Origin: Candidatus Methylomirabilis oxygeniifera
GTDB lineage: Bacteria > Methylomirabilota > Methylomirabilia > Methylomirabilales > Methylomirabilaceae
Assembly (NCBI GenBank): GCA_000091165.1
Contig: FP565575.1
Coordinates: 210,001 to 242,000 of the forward strand
DNA: 32,000 bases
Direction: 5' to 3'
Under the pieces are notes generated by a model. The model made no database searches and was not told the DNA's origin. It saw only the letters and a program-made list of their open reading frames with translations. The position numbers were made by a program, and so were the translations under genes. Positions within the stretch are counted from its first letter, which is position 1. Each line of letters starts with the position of its first letter. Positions 1-7,862 of this stretch are shown here, one piece after another.

Positions 1-1
1 C

Positions 2-202
2 ATTGTGGATTTTTACTGCGCCTCAGCCGCACTCGTCATCGAACTTGATGGAGGACAACATTATACGCCGGAGGGTCGTGAGCAGGACCGATGGCGCGAT
101 GCTGACCTGGCGGCGCGTGGGTTGACAGTGTTGAGGTTTTCCGATCGGGACGTGCTGACAAATCTTGAAGGCGTACTAGAAGAGATCTGGCAACATCTCT
201 GA
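2..202 (+). CDS. DUF559-type (Vsr/restriction-like) endonuclease domain protein, C-terminal part, truncated by window start
   Basis: Open from the window edge; translation (I)VDFYCASAALVIELDGGQHYTPEGREQDRWRDADLAARGLTVLRFSDRDVLTNLEGVLEEIWQ matches the DUF559 pattern (VDFYC..LVIELDGGQH...D..R...L...G..VLRF...V..N...VL..I). Confidence 0.85.
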   Translation: MVDFYCASAALVIELDGGQHYTPEGREQDRWRDADLAARGLTVLRFSDRDVLTNLEGVLEEIWQHL

Positions 203-369
203 GGGAAAGAAGCGAAACCCCCTCAATCCCCCTTTACGAAAGGGGGAGACAGAGTAGATGTAGAACTCCCGTGTCCAGCAACCCAGGTTATGGGACATGG
301 TCAGCTCTCGGAGGGAGAGAGAAGGACAAAGCAACCCACACGAGTTCCGGAAGAGTCCCGAAATAACGC

Positions 370-1017
370 TCATCGCTTGTGTGTGGCAGCCCCCTTTGCA
401 CGCTTTCGGCGGCTGGGCTTGACCTCCGCTGTTTGGGCGTGCTGCGGCCACCAGAAGGCTGTCGCCGCAAACCAGAGCAGGATCGGGAAGAGACCGAACC
501 CGTTGACGGAAAAGAAGGCGTAGCCCCACTCGTACAGCTTGACTGTAAACGAAGAAGCGGCCTCAGGCATCATGCCGTGCGCCTGCAGCCCTGGATAGAC
601 GGCGGTCCAGCGTAGCTTGATGTACAGGTCGGCAAGATGCAGCATCGACAGCCCCGCCCCACCGGCCAGGCAGATCTTGGCTTTCGTTGCCAGGCCAAGC
701 AGCGGCGTGGCAATGGTCAGGGAGACGAGCAGGATCATGTTGACGTAGGTGGCGTCGTCGAGCACATTGACGGTGGCCATGCCGGCAGACCCATCCGACT
801 TGGTCACTGGTCTGACGATCCAGACCCGCCGATCCCTAGCTTCGAGATGACTGTCCGGCGGAAGCATCCCCGTCGCATGCAGAATGGTCTGCCCGACCGT
901 AGCCATTCCCTGAGCGTACAAAGGGGAGAGGAAACGCCAGACGGCGAGCAGCAGCAACAGCGCAATGGTAAACCATGCGGTGAAACGGCCGATTCTAGCT
1001 CTGAGGGTGGCGAGCAA
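370..1017 (-). CDS. Membrane protein, probable exosortase-H-associated protein (start uncertain; ORF extends to 1125)
   Basis: Multi-TM protein of up to 251 aa directly downstream of and overlapping the exosortase H gene. The long ORF overlaps the exosortase by 131 nt, so a TTG start near 1017 is more plausible. Confidence 0.6.
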   Translation of the reverse strand: MLATLRARIGRFTAWFTIALLLLLAVWRFLSPLYAQGMATVGQTILHATGMLPPDSHLEARDRRVWIVRPVTKSDGSAGMATVNVLDDATYVNMILLVSLTIATPLLGLATKAKICLAGGAGLSMLHLADLYIKLRWTAVYPGLQAHGMMPEAASSFTVKLYEWGYAFFSVNGFGLFPILLWFAATAFWWPQHAQTAEVKPSRRKRAKGAATHKR

Positions 1018-1513
1018 GGGCCCCTGCCCAGAATAGCCAGAGGCCCAGGGCGAAGACGATGAAGAGCGACTGCCAGACATAGATATGCGCGGTGTCAAAG
1101 TACGGGCGAAAGTGGCTTCCGACATAGATCAGGCTGAGCACCCGCATCAGGTTCAGAATATACAGCGCGCCGCTGCCCAGGAGCACGCCCCAGAGACGTT
1201 GTCGCCAGGTCGCCGGATAAGCGAGTATTGCCGACACGAACAGGGCCGTCTCGTAGATGGCGTTGCAATTGTTCTGAATCGCCACCGAGAAGAGGGGGGT
1301 TGTGACCACCTTGTCATGCACCGTGGCCTCCGTCCCGCCGAGCAGCAGAATGGTTCGCGCGAGTTGAGCGATTCCCCTGGTAAAAGGATCGACAAGCTGT
1401 CGGTCCAGACCGTACAGCAGGCCGAACAGGCCCAGGATATACAGGCCAAACAGCAGTGCGCTGCGTCGGATCTGGGCGCGAGGAGATGGTGATTCAACCT
1501 CTGAGGTTTGCAT
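995..1513 (-). CDS. xrtH: Exosortase H (IPTLxxWG-CTERM-type sorting enzyme)
   Basis: 172-aa multi-TM protein with exosortase catalytic signatures: Cys in NNCNAIYE, Arg in LMRVLSLIYVGSHF, His in FDTAHIYVWQSLFIV. The short length fits the XrtH subfamily. Confidence 0.85.
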   Translation of the reverse strand: MQTSEVESPSPRAQIRRSALLFGLYILGLFGLLYGLDRQLVDPFTRGIAQLARTILLLGGTEATVHDKVVTTPLFSVAIQNNCNAIYETALFVSAILAYPATWRQRLWGVLLGSGALYILNLMRVLSLIYVGSHFRPYFDTAHIYVWQSLFIVFALGLWLFWAGALARHPQS

Positions 1514-1675
1514 AGGTGGATTTTACGGTGATCCTGAATTGTCAGTCAAGCAATTTTCATTCTTCAACCTTTAGTCTTTCGCTTAAATACCTGAGCAGCT
1601 CCGCTATGCCGGGCGCCTTGACAGCGGCATGGCTTCATGTTACAAACCTACGGGCGCTACTCAGGTGGATAGCAA

Positions 1676-1750
1676 CTGAAGGCTGAAGGCTGTGAGGGGT
1701 AAAGCGGTGACGATGCGTGAGAACGTATCGCCTTCAGCCTGAACGCCTCA
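1676..1750. repeat. Heptamer-type (TGAAGGC/GCCTTCA) repeats in inverted arrangement
   Basis: Perfect 11-nt inverted repeat AGGCTGAAGGC (1680-1690) / GCCTTCAGCCT (1730-1740), flanked by partial heptamer copies. Confidence 0.75.
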
Positions 1751-1771
1751 GTAGTGACGGTGGAGGTTGGT

Positions 1772-2941
1772 ATGGGGTGTTGTATCCATTTGACCAGGCG
1801 GCAGTTTCTGAGCGCGGCAATGACGCTGGCCGCTATAGCGCCGTCGTGGCTGCCGAGGCCGGCCGAGGCCGCCCCTACCCCTGTTCCCGTTCCAAAGACG
1901 TTGGGTCGAACAGATGCCCTGCTGAAGGAGATCATTACGACCTATGCGTCCGTAGAAGACGACCCATGGGTCCTGATGCACGGAGTGAGGGCCTTAGGAT
2001 CGTCCTTTTCGGTAAAGGGAGAACGGGCGGTTGATTTTCTCTGCGCCCGGTTCCTGACGCCTCAGGCGGTGAATGGAAAGAGCTATCCTCAGATGTCCCT
2101 CGACAATCAGGGCCATACCAATACGTTCCTCAAGACCCTCATCGAGGCCGGCATAGGACTTGATCATCGCTTTGCATTGGAAGGCAGGCGCTACACCGTC
2201 GGCGACATCGCCGAGGGGGCGAAGGCCCTCTTTGCATTTGATCCGAAGACCGCCAATCCGGACGACCTGGCCTGGACGTTGATCGCCCTCTCCCGGATCA
2301 TCCCTCCGGATAAGGACACCTGGACGAATGCGGCCGGGCAGCGGATCCGCTTCTCTGACGTGGTCCGTTTTGCCTTCGATACCCTTGATGAGACGACGGC
2401 GCAGTTCAGGCAGGCGAAGGCGAAAGGGGTCATGCCGGATGCCAACGACAAGGTCGTCAATTTTACCTGCGGTGGGACCCACTTGGTCTACGGCCTGACG
2501 ACATGTGTCGGCAATGGGTATCGTGACCACGGGTTTCCGCAACGTCTCAAGACGCACCTGGATCTGATGGCCTGGCGTCTCGAGGCCGATGACCGCCTGA
2601 TCGATCGGTTCTATCGCAATGCTGCTCCCCCCCCGGGGAATCCGAGCGGATGGCAGGCGGTTCACGCTCTGCACCACAATGACGCCAAGATCAAGTTCTA
2701 CGGCCACACATTCGAGATACTCAGTTATGCCGTGCAGCACAAACTGTTTAAGCCGACCTCCACTCAGTCACAGGCGATCGAGCGGGCCGGGACAAGACTA
2801 GCGGGGGCGGCGACGGGTATAAAAGGAGTGGACCTGTTCGAGGTGCGCAAGGCCAGTCGCCGCCTGTTCCACCTGCTGATCGGGGACTCCTGCCATGCCT
2901 ATCACGGTATCCGGATGACGCCCGGCCTCAACCAGGCCTAG
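1772..2941 (+). CDS. Hypothetical protein with Tat-type signal peptide
   Basis: ORF 1754..2941. The ATG at 1772 is preceded by GGAGG at 1762-1766. N-terminus MGCCIHLTRRQFLSAAMTLAAIAPSWLPRPAEA has a twin-arginine motif, hydrophobic stretch and AxA site. Confidence 0.75.
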   Translation: MGCCIHLTRRQFLSAAMTLAAIAPSWLPRPAEAAPTPVPVPKTLGRTDALLKEIITTYASVEDDPWVLMHGVRALGSSFSVKGERAVDFLCARFLTPQAVNGKSYPQMSLDNQGHTNTFLKTLIEAGIGLDHRFALEGRRYTVGDIAEGAKALFAFDPKTANPDDLAWTLIALSRIIPPDKDTWTNAAGQRIRFSDVVRFAFDTLDETTAQFRQAKAKGVMPDANDKVVNFTCGGTHLVYGLTTCVGNGYRDHGFPQRLKTHLDLMAWRLEADDRLIDRFYRNAAPPPGNPSGWQAVHALHHNDAKIKFYGHTFEILSYAVQHKLFKPTSTQSQAIERAGTRLAGAATGIKGVDLFEVRKASRRLFHLLIGDSCHAYHGIRMTPGLNQA

Positions 2942-2961
2942 GGCGGTGATGATAGAGGATA

Positions 2962-2982
2962 CCCCTCTTTGGAAAAGAGGGG
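2962..2982. repeat. Palindrome CCCCTCTT-TGGAA-AAGAGGGG
   Basis: Perfect 8-bp stem, 5-nt loop, followed by GCGAGGGGAGAT. Same module as at 3148-3168 and 8058-8078. Confidence 0.8.
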
Positions 2983-3098
2983 CGAGGGGAGATGTTCTCA
3001 ATCGATGTCGATTCATGATTGGAGATCACTGCTGTTTACAATATTCACACTACATCCTTACGGGAACAAGGGAAGTAATGGATTGTATTGATCACTGT

Positions 3099-3182
3099 AA
3101 AATCCCCCTCCATCCCCCTTTCTCAAAGGGGGAAAATATGGCGAATACCCCTCTTTGGAAAAGAGGGGCGAGGGGAGATTTT
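3099..3182. repeat. Compound palindromic MITE/REP-like element
   Basis: AAAATCCCCCTCCATCCCCCTTTCTCAAAGGGGG...ACCCCTCTTTGGAAAAGAGGGGCGAGGGGAGATTTT: near-matching terminal inverted repeats plus two internal palindromes. Confidence 0.75.
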
Positions 3183-3223
3183 CTTAGGGAACTGCCCTTT
3201 TGAGGGATCGAGAAGAGGAGAGC

Positions 3224-3796
3224 ATGGGATTCAAGAACAGTAGCAGGCAACGGATCGTGCGGATGGCAGGATGGCTGCTCGCTGTGGCGGCCGTCGGCGT
3301 CGGATGTGCCGGGCCGTTTACGGCCAGGACGATCGACCGGGAGGCACGGCTGAAAGAGCGGGCCGCCGTATACTGGGAGGCCAGGGTGGCGGGCGATCTG
3401 GTCGAAACCTATCGATTGCACGAGCCGAACTTTCGGAAGAAGGTGACGCTGACCGCCTTTTCGCAGGGCCGTGGGGTGTCCACGGTCTTCGATTACGAGA
3501 TCGCCGCCGTCCGGATCGAGGGGGACAAGGGGTTTGTAACCACCAAGGTCAACTATACCGTGACGCACCCGATGCTGGCCAAGCCGGTCGAGCCGCGCTG
3601 GCGGGATATTGAAGAGCAATGGCGGTGGGTGGATGGCGAGTGGTATCGCCGCTTCCGCTTTCCGATGGGCGATCCCTATCCCGACCAGGCTTGGTGGGAC
3701 CCGCGCGAGACCGGTAAGGTGACCGGCGACGACGCGGCCGTCGGACCGCCGCCTGCTGCAACCCAGGGCCAGACCCCGGCGGAACCGGCGCGGTGA
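3224..3796 (+). CDS. Putative lipoprotein / secreted hypothetical protein
   Basis: ATG at 3224 with upstream AGAGGAG; N-terminus MGFKNSSRQRIVRMAGWLLAVAAVGVGCAGP has hydrophobic stretch then a lipobox-like VGVGC. Confidence 0.7.
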   Translation: MGFKNSSRQRIVRMAGWLLAVAAVGVGCAGPFTARTIDREARLKERAAVYWEARVAGDLVETYRLHEPNFRKKVTLTAFSQGRGVSTVFDYEIAAVRIEGDKGFVTTKVNYTVTHPMLAKPVEPRWRDIEEQWRWVDGEWYRRFRFPMGDPYPDQAWWDPRETGKVTGDDAAVGPPPAATQGQTPAEPAR

Positions 3797-3838
3797 CGCG
3801 GGCTGAGACTGCCTGCCGTGGCGCGCGCGATTTTTTGC

Positions 3839-3867
3839 TTGACATCATGAGACGGTAGGAGTATAAA
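3839..3867 (+). promoter_or_regulatory. Sigma70-like promoter for the 4084..5466 gene
   Basis: TTGACA (3839-3844), 17-nt spacer, TATAAA (3862-3867). About 210 nt of leader to the RBS-supported ATG at 4084. Confidence 0.65.
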
Positions 3868-4083
3868 CACCCGGAGTGGTTTTTCTGTGTCCGGCGTGGG
3901 ATCGCGAGGGTGGGGCTGACAGGATCTCATGCGGCAGTCTTCCGGTTGACACGACGAATCGACACGACAAACGGGGGAACAGGCGAAAGGAGGTGGACTC
4001 CGAACAAAGATCCGAGGTCACAGAACGCTTCAGTTTGTTCAACCGTTGTATCGTTCCACACACTTATGTTAGGAGGACAGCAG

Positions 4084-5466
4084 ATGAAGCAATCTAGAAT
4101 TCGTGGAATCCTCGCAGGGGCTGCCGCGGTCGCGTTGATCGGCGGTACGGTTGCCCCCGCCCTGGCGAACACCGAACTGGTGCCTGCCAGCCGCCTGGTT
4201 GCCCCGTTTCTCGACATCAGCTCCGGTCGTGACACCTTTTATATGCTGGTGAACGTCAGCCAGAACGTGAACCTCAATAAGGTCGCCTATCCCATCTCCG
4301 GTACCGTAGATCTCGGTCCGTGGGGCGTCCACCTCGAGCACTATGGTCAGAGCTGCGACAGGGTTGACGAGAGCACGGGCCTGACCCCCGGCGACATCGA
4401 TCAGTTCGACCTCCTGGTGAACTCCGTAGCCCGCACGACGACCGGTTCCGGACAGGCACTCGGAGCGGTGACCCCCAGCGCCACCCAGAGCGGCGTGGCC
4501 GGTCGCGGCTGGACCGATATCGATATCCGGTACGGGTCCGGGACCCTCACCGGCAGCACCAGCATCCAGGCGAACGTCCTGCTTGGAACGGCGATCATCT
4601 CCGATTTCGGGTCTGACTTCGCCTTCGCCTATCCGATGGCGTCGATGATTGGTACATCTACCAGTGGCGGTAACCCCGGCTTCATCGGCGGCAAGATTGT
4701 GCAGCGGAATGCAACGGGCACCGCAACGGCCTGGTTCGGCCGCTATGAGCCGCTGCCCCACCGAGTTTTCGTGCCGATCTACTTCGCTGACGGAACCGAG
4801 AGCGGCAGCGGCGAGACCTTCAACTCATTCCTGGTTGTGGCCGGACCGCCGGATGGCAACTGGGATCGTTCTGATGACGGTGAAGCTCCAGGACAGTCAA
4901 CCGGTAAGGGCCTTGCCGGCCCACCGAACCTGACGCTGAACCTGATCGTCTGGGACGGCTGCGAGCAGAACACCTCATTCAACTACAGCTCACACTTCCT
5001 GAACAACACCTATGCTGCCCTGTTTGGGACGACCACCAACAGGAGCACCTGGAAGACGGCCGTGCCGACCAGTTGTCCGGCCGCTTTCGCCAGCCGCGAC
5101 GAGCTGTCCGGTCAGGCGCTGGGCTGGATCGATATCATCAACTCGGCCAAGGCCTGTGACAATACGGCTAACGGCACGGCTGGTTGTCCCGTCGGCACCG
5201 GCACCGGCGCCGGCACGGGTACCGGCCAGGCGCGCGGTATGGCCGGCATCAACGTCAGCAACGTGGTCAGCTCTTCAGTGAACCTGGGTGACGTGACGCG
5301 GCTGTGGGGTGATGCGTCACCGTGGGGCGTCTCCCCGGCTTCAGGCGATACTGCCACCTGCTACAATGGTGTCGCCTGCCGCTACTCGCTGGTCGACCTG
5401 GTCAGACACGTCGATATCGACCAGACCGGTACGCTTACCAGCTCTAACTCCATCAGCGAGCAATAG
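4084..5466 (+). CDS. Secreted hypothetical protein, paralog of 9034..9963
   Basis: ATG at 4084 preceded by AGGAGG; signal peptide MKQSRIRGILAGAAAVALIGGTVAPALA; mature NTELVPASRLVAPFLDISSGRDTFYMLVNVS... Confidence 0.85.
   Translation: MKQSRIRGILAGAAAVALIGGTVAPALANTELVPASRLVAPFLDISSGRDTFYMLVNVSQNVNLNKVAYPISGTVDLGPWGVHLEHYGQSCDRVDESTGLTPGDIDQFDLLVNSVARTTTGSGQALGAVTPSATQSGVAGRGWTDIDIRYGSGTLTGSTSIQANVLLGTAIISDFGSDFAFAYPMASMIGTSTSGGNPGFIGGKIVQRNATGTATAWFGRYEPLPHRVFVPIYFADGTESGSGETFNSFLVVAGPPDGNWDRSDDGEAPGQSTGKGLAGPPNLTLNLIVWDGCEQNTSFNYSSHFLNNTYAALFGTTTNRSTWKTAVPTSCPAAFASRDELSGQALGWIDIINSAKACDNTANGTAGCPVGTGTGAGTGTGQARGMAGINVSNVVSSSVNLGDVTRLWGDASPWGVSPASGDTATCYNGVACRYSLVDLVRHVDIDQTGTLTSSNSISEQ
5194..5226 (+). 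repeat. Period-6 GGCACC-type microsatellite encoding a (GT/GA)n linker
   Basis: GGCACCGGCACCGGCGCCGGCACGGGTACCGGC encodes GTGTGAGTGTG. Confidence 0.85.
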
Positions 5467-5636
5467 TCCTCGCTGTCCTGCTGCTTGAAAAGGGGGTCCA
5501 GCTTTCGCTGGACCCCCTTGCTTTTTCAGGTGACCGACTGAAGGTGTTTAGAGGTGGGAACCGAGAATGACTTGAATCCACCAGGGTTCATTCCCAGGCT
5601 GGTCGCGTAGGGTGTCGATAGGGGGCATAGTAAGAT

Positions 5637-5678
5637 CACACAAGGCTTCTAACTGTCTATGGTTAGAAGCCTTGTGTG
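5637..5678. terminator. Strong hairpin, possible transcription terminator or mobile palindrome
   Basis: Perfect 17-nt inverted repeat CACACAAGGCTTCTAAC (5637-5653) / GTTAGAAGCCTTGTGTG (5662-5678), 8-nt loop. The T-run at 5691-5696 is 12 nt beyond the stem, so classic rho-independent geometry is not met. Confidence 0.4.
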
Positions 5679-5698
5679 CTTGCGGAAGATATTTTTTC

Positions 5699-5749
5699 GG
5701 TTCTTCCGGAATTAGCGTGGGTGAACCTGTCTGCGTACAGATACGCACA
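5699..5749 (-). repeat. Dispersed repeat, copy 1 (GTGCGTATCTGTRCGCAGAC...CCCACGCTAATTCCGGAAGAACC family)
   Basis: Reverse complement closely matches 11464..11514. Confidence 0.8.
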
Positions 5750-5769
5750 CCCTTTCTCCTCTTTGCCAA

Positions 5770-5930
5770 ACATAAACCCCCCTAACCCCCCTTTTTCAAG
5801 GGGGGGACCGCATCTCCCCCTTTAGCAGGGAAGGGGGGACCGCATGCTTGCACTTCTACTTCTTTTCCCCCTTTCGTAAAGGGGGATACAAGGGGGTTTT
5901 TCTCCCCATGGCCCCTTTGGTAAAGGGGGT
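5770..5930. repeat. Cluster of CCCCCTTT...AAAGGGGG palindromic repeats
   Basis: ACCCCCCTTTTTCAAGGGGGG, CCCCCTTTCGTAAAGGGGG and CCCCTTTGGTAAAGGGGG within 160 bp. Confidence 0.75.
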
Positions 5931-5987
5931 GTCCCCGTGTCCAGCGCTGAAGACTCGGCCCCTGCCCACGCTAATTCCGGAAGATCC
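5924..5987 (+). repeat. Dispersed repeat, copy 3 (GTGTCCCCGTGTCCAGCGCTGAAGACTCGGCC...CCCACGCTAATTCCGGAAGA)
   Basis: Matches the reverse complement of 11172..11237 with few differences. Confidence 0.8.
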
Positions 5988-6115
5988 ATTTTTTCTTGAC
6001 CAAAGCGAGATCTTTCTACATCGCCAAAATGAGCGCTTTCGTGATGGCATGTATAACTCATAAGAGGGTAATACGGAAGGTGGGACTTGGCCTGCAAAGC
6101 GAGGCGGTGAGATCG

Positions 6116-6496
6116 TTACGATGACAGGAATCGCCGCACGGCTTCCAGAATGCGCTGAGCATCCGCGACGTCCCGCCTCGCGTCCTCTTCTGTGATGCTG
6201 AGCATGGCCTCATAGTCCCCAGCTTGCCGATTTTCGTAGAGCCTGGTAAGTAGGATGGTGAACTCGCGTGGGAACAGCCCTTGGTGGACGAACGCTTTAT
6301 TGAATCGGCCCAGTACTTGGGCGTGGCTAGAATAGGTCTCGTCTTGTGATAATAGGGCCGCGCTGATCGCGTGGAACGCCGCGTAATAGGCTCTGGATGA
6401 GGCATCTCCCCATGCGCGGCCATGCAGGAGTAATGTGGCTGCCCGTAGTTTCTCTTCGGCGTGGGCAAGCAGGATGGCCGGAGTGTTGGTGGTCAC
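6116..6496 (-). CDS. HEPN domain protein (putative toxin / partner of MNT protein)
   Basis: GTG start at 6496 gives VTTNTPAILLAHAEEKLRAATLLLHGRAWGDASSRAYYAAFHAISAALL..., with HEPN-type SRAYYAAFHA motif; GTGA overlap with the upstream MNT gene. Confidence 0.8.
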   Translation of the reverse strand: MTTNTPAILLAHAEEKLRAATLLLHGRAWGDASSRAYYAAFHAISAALLSQDETYSSHAQVLGRFNKAFVHQGLFPREFTILLTRLYENRQAGDYEAMLSITEEDARRDVADAQRILEAVRRFLSS

Positions 6497-6819
6497 AAGG
6501 GCACTCCTTCGAGGGCGATATTGCGTGCCAGTGGCAAGCCTTGGGCGACGCGCCACTCAGCGTCGGTGCGAAGAATGCTGGCGACCAACGCGCCGTAGCG
6601 GTCCATCAGGTCGGCTTCAATCTCAAGGATGATCGAGCGAACATCCGGACTGCGTTGATCCACGATGACCAGTACGTCGTAGTCGGAGTCCTCGCGGGCC
6701 TCACCTCTGGCTCGTGAGCCGAACAGTACGATGTGCCGGATGTGGTTCCCGAGTCGCGCGCGTAATGTCGACGCAAACGTGTGAAGGACAGGGTCAACGT
6801 CCGTATGGGGAGGTGACAT
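6493..6819 (-). CDS. MNT-type nucleotidyltransferase domain protein (putative antitoxin)
   Basis: GSRARGEAREDSDYDVLVIVD nucleotidyltransferase signature; ATG preceded by GAGGAG. Confidence 0.85.
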   Translation of the reverse strand: MSPPHTDVDPVLHTFASTLRARLGNHIRHIVLFGSRARGEAREDSDYDVLVIVDQRSPDVRSIILEIEADLMDRYGALVASILRTDAEWRVAQGLPLARNIALEGVPL

Positions 6820-7134
6820 GATCGCTCCTCAGTAGGGCTGGCAACCTATGACTATGTATACCACAAGTGCCATGCGGAGGCGATGTGATTTCTGGAGGGC
6901 GGACGCGGGGTCGCGTGGCACGCCGGCATGGAGCAGGGGTGGCTGCCGACCGCTGTGAGGGCGACGTTGCGTTTATCGCGGGTCCGCGTCCGGTTGACGA
7001 GGTGATACTGCCGGTCCACTCCGACATACAGCCGCGGGATGGACAGGCTTTCGAGAGGGAGCCGCCCCCGGTGTATCCACACCCCAAGCTACCGCCTTGG
7101 GTTCATTCCCTGCAGTTCGTCATGCCGGATCGTT

Positions 7135-7154
7135 ACCCCGGCGCACGCCGGGGT
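7135..7154. repeat. REP-like palindrome ACCCCGGCG-CA-CGCCGGGGT
   Basis: Perfect 9-bp stem, 2-nt loop, in ...GTCATGCCGG...ACCCCGGCGCACGCCGGGGTCCAGTG, a widespread intergenic repeat style ('TPAHAGVQ' translation). Confidence 0.65.
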
Positions 7155-7262
7155 CCAGTGTCAGGATCAATGGAAGCTCGAATTGATCGAGAAGACGAAT
7201 CCACAGTGGCGGGACCTATATGCGGAACTCTTGTAAAGCTCTGGCTATTCCCCTACGTCGTG

Positions 7263-7862
7263 TCACTCAGCCGGTGGTTTGAGCCCTTCCAGCCAGATTG
7301 CCGAATCGTTCAGTATGACGACGGTTGTCTTGGTTGCCATCACTGTTATCGGAGAGGCCCAGAGCAGTGTGGAGACCTTTCCGGGCAGCTCGGCAAGGAG
7401 GATCCAGCGGCCATCCGGGACATCCTGGAATGTAAATCCGGCGTCGACATGATTGGTGGTGGCTGATCGAACAAGACTGGGGCCGTGCTGATCCCCCCCC
7501 GCGGCAGCCTGAAGGCGATTCAGGAAGCTGCGTGCTGCGTCAAATCGCTCAGGCGAGAGGGGTTCGCGGCCTCCGTCGAGATACGGGGAGCGGGCCTGAT
7601 TCAGCGCAGATTCCTGCGTGGGGGAAAGCGGCAGGAGGGTCACCGTCCAGCCCGTCAATGGTGTGGGGATTGCAGGCTGGGCGAGGTAGAGGCGACCAAC
7701 AACTGTCCCTGTGTTGCCGGAGACCTGGCGTTCTGCTATGGTGGCAAGATAGGCGGCGTTCGCAGCGGGCCCGGGAGCATGACCGATACCGGCGCAGCCC
7801 GTGAGTGCGACAAGAGACAGCGTTCCCCATATACGTGCCCGATCAAACCTCCTACTGCCCAT
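7263..7862 (-). CDS. Putative lipoprotein with carboxypeptidase-regulatory-like (beta-sandwich) domain
   Basis: MGSRRFDRARIWGTLSLVALTGCAGIG signal peptide with LTGC lipobox; VVGRLYLAQPAIPTPLTGWTVTLLP...FTFQDVPDGRWILLAE pattern. Confidence 0.75.
   Translation of the reverse strand: MGSRRFDRARIWGTLSLVALTGCAGIGHAPGPAANAAYLATIAERQVSGNTGTVVGRLYLAQPAIPTPLTGWTVTLLPLSPTQESALNQARSPYLDGGREPLSPERFDAARSFLNRLQAAAGGDQHGPSLVRSATTNHVDAGFTFQDVPDGRWILLAELPGKVSTLLWASPITVMATKTTVVILNDSAIWLEGLKPPAE

Noticed and set aside
1994-2740. 248-aa antisense ORF opposite the Tat-signal protein gene
   Set aside because: Shadow ORF of high-GC coding DNA; no signal, RBS or recognisable motif, while the plus-strand ORF has an RBS and Tat signal.
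4069-4761. 230-aa antisense ORF opposite the secreted protein gene
   Set aside because: Plus strand has RBS, signal peptide and a paralog; the antisense translation has no recognisable domain.
5548-5769. 73-aa minus-strand ORF containing ICTQTGSPTLIPEEPKK
   Set aside because: Translation of the dispersed repeat plus the 17-bp hairpin; the related wording in ORFs at 11257-11580 comes from the repeat, not from protein conservation.
6867-7466. 199-aa plus-strand ORF
   Set aside because: Overlaps the 3' half of the better supported lipoprotein gene (7263..7862, minus) and spans a REP-like palindrome; no domain recognised.
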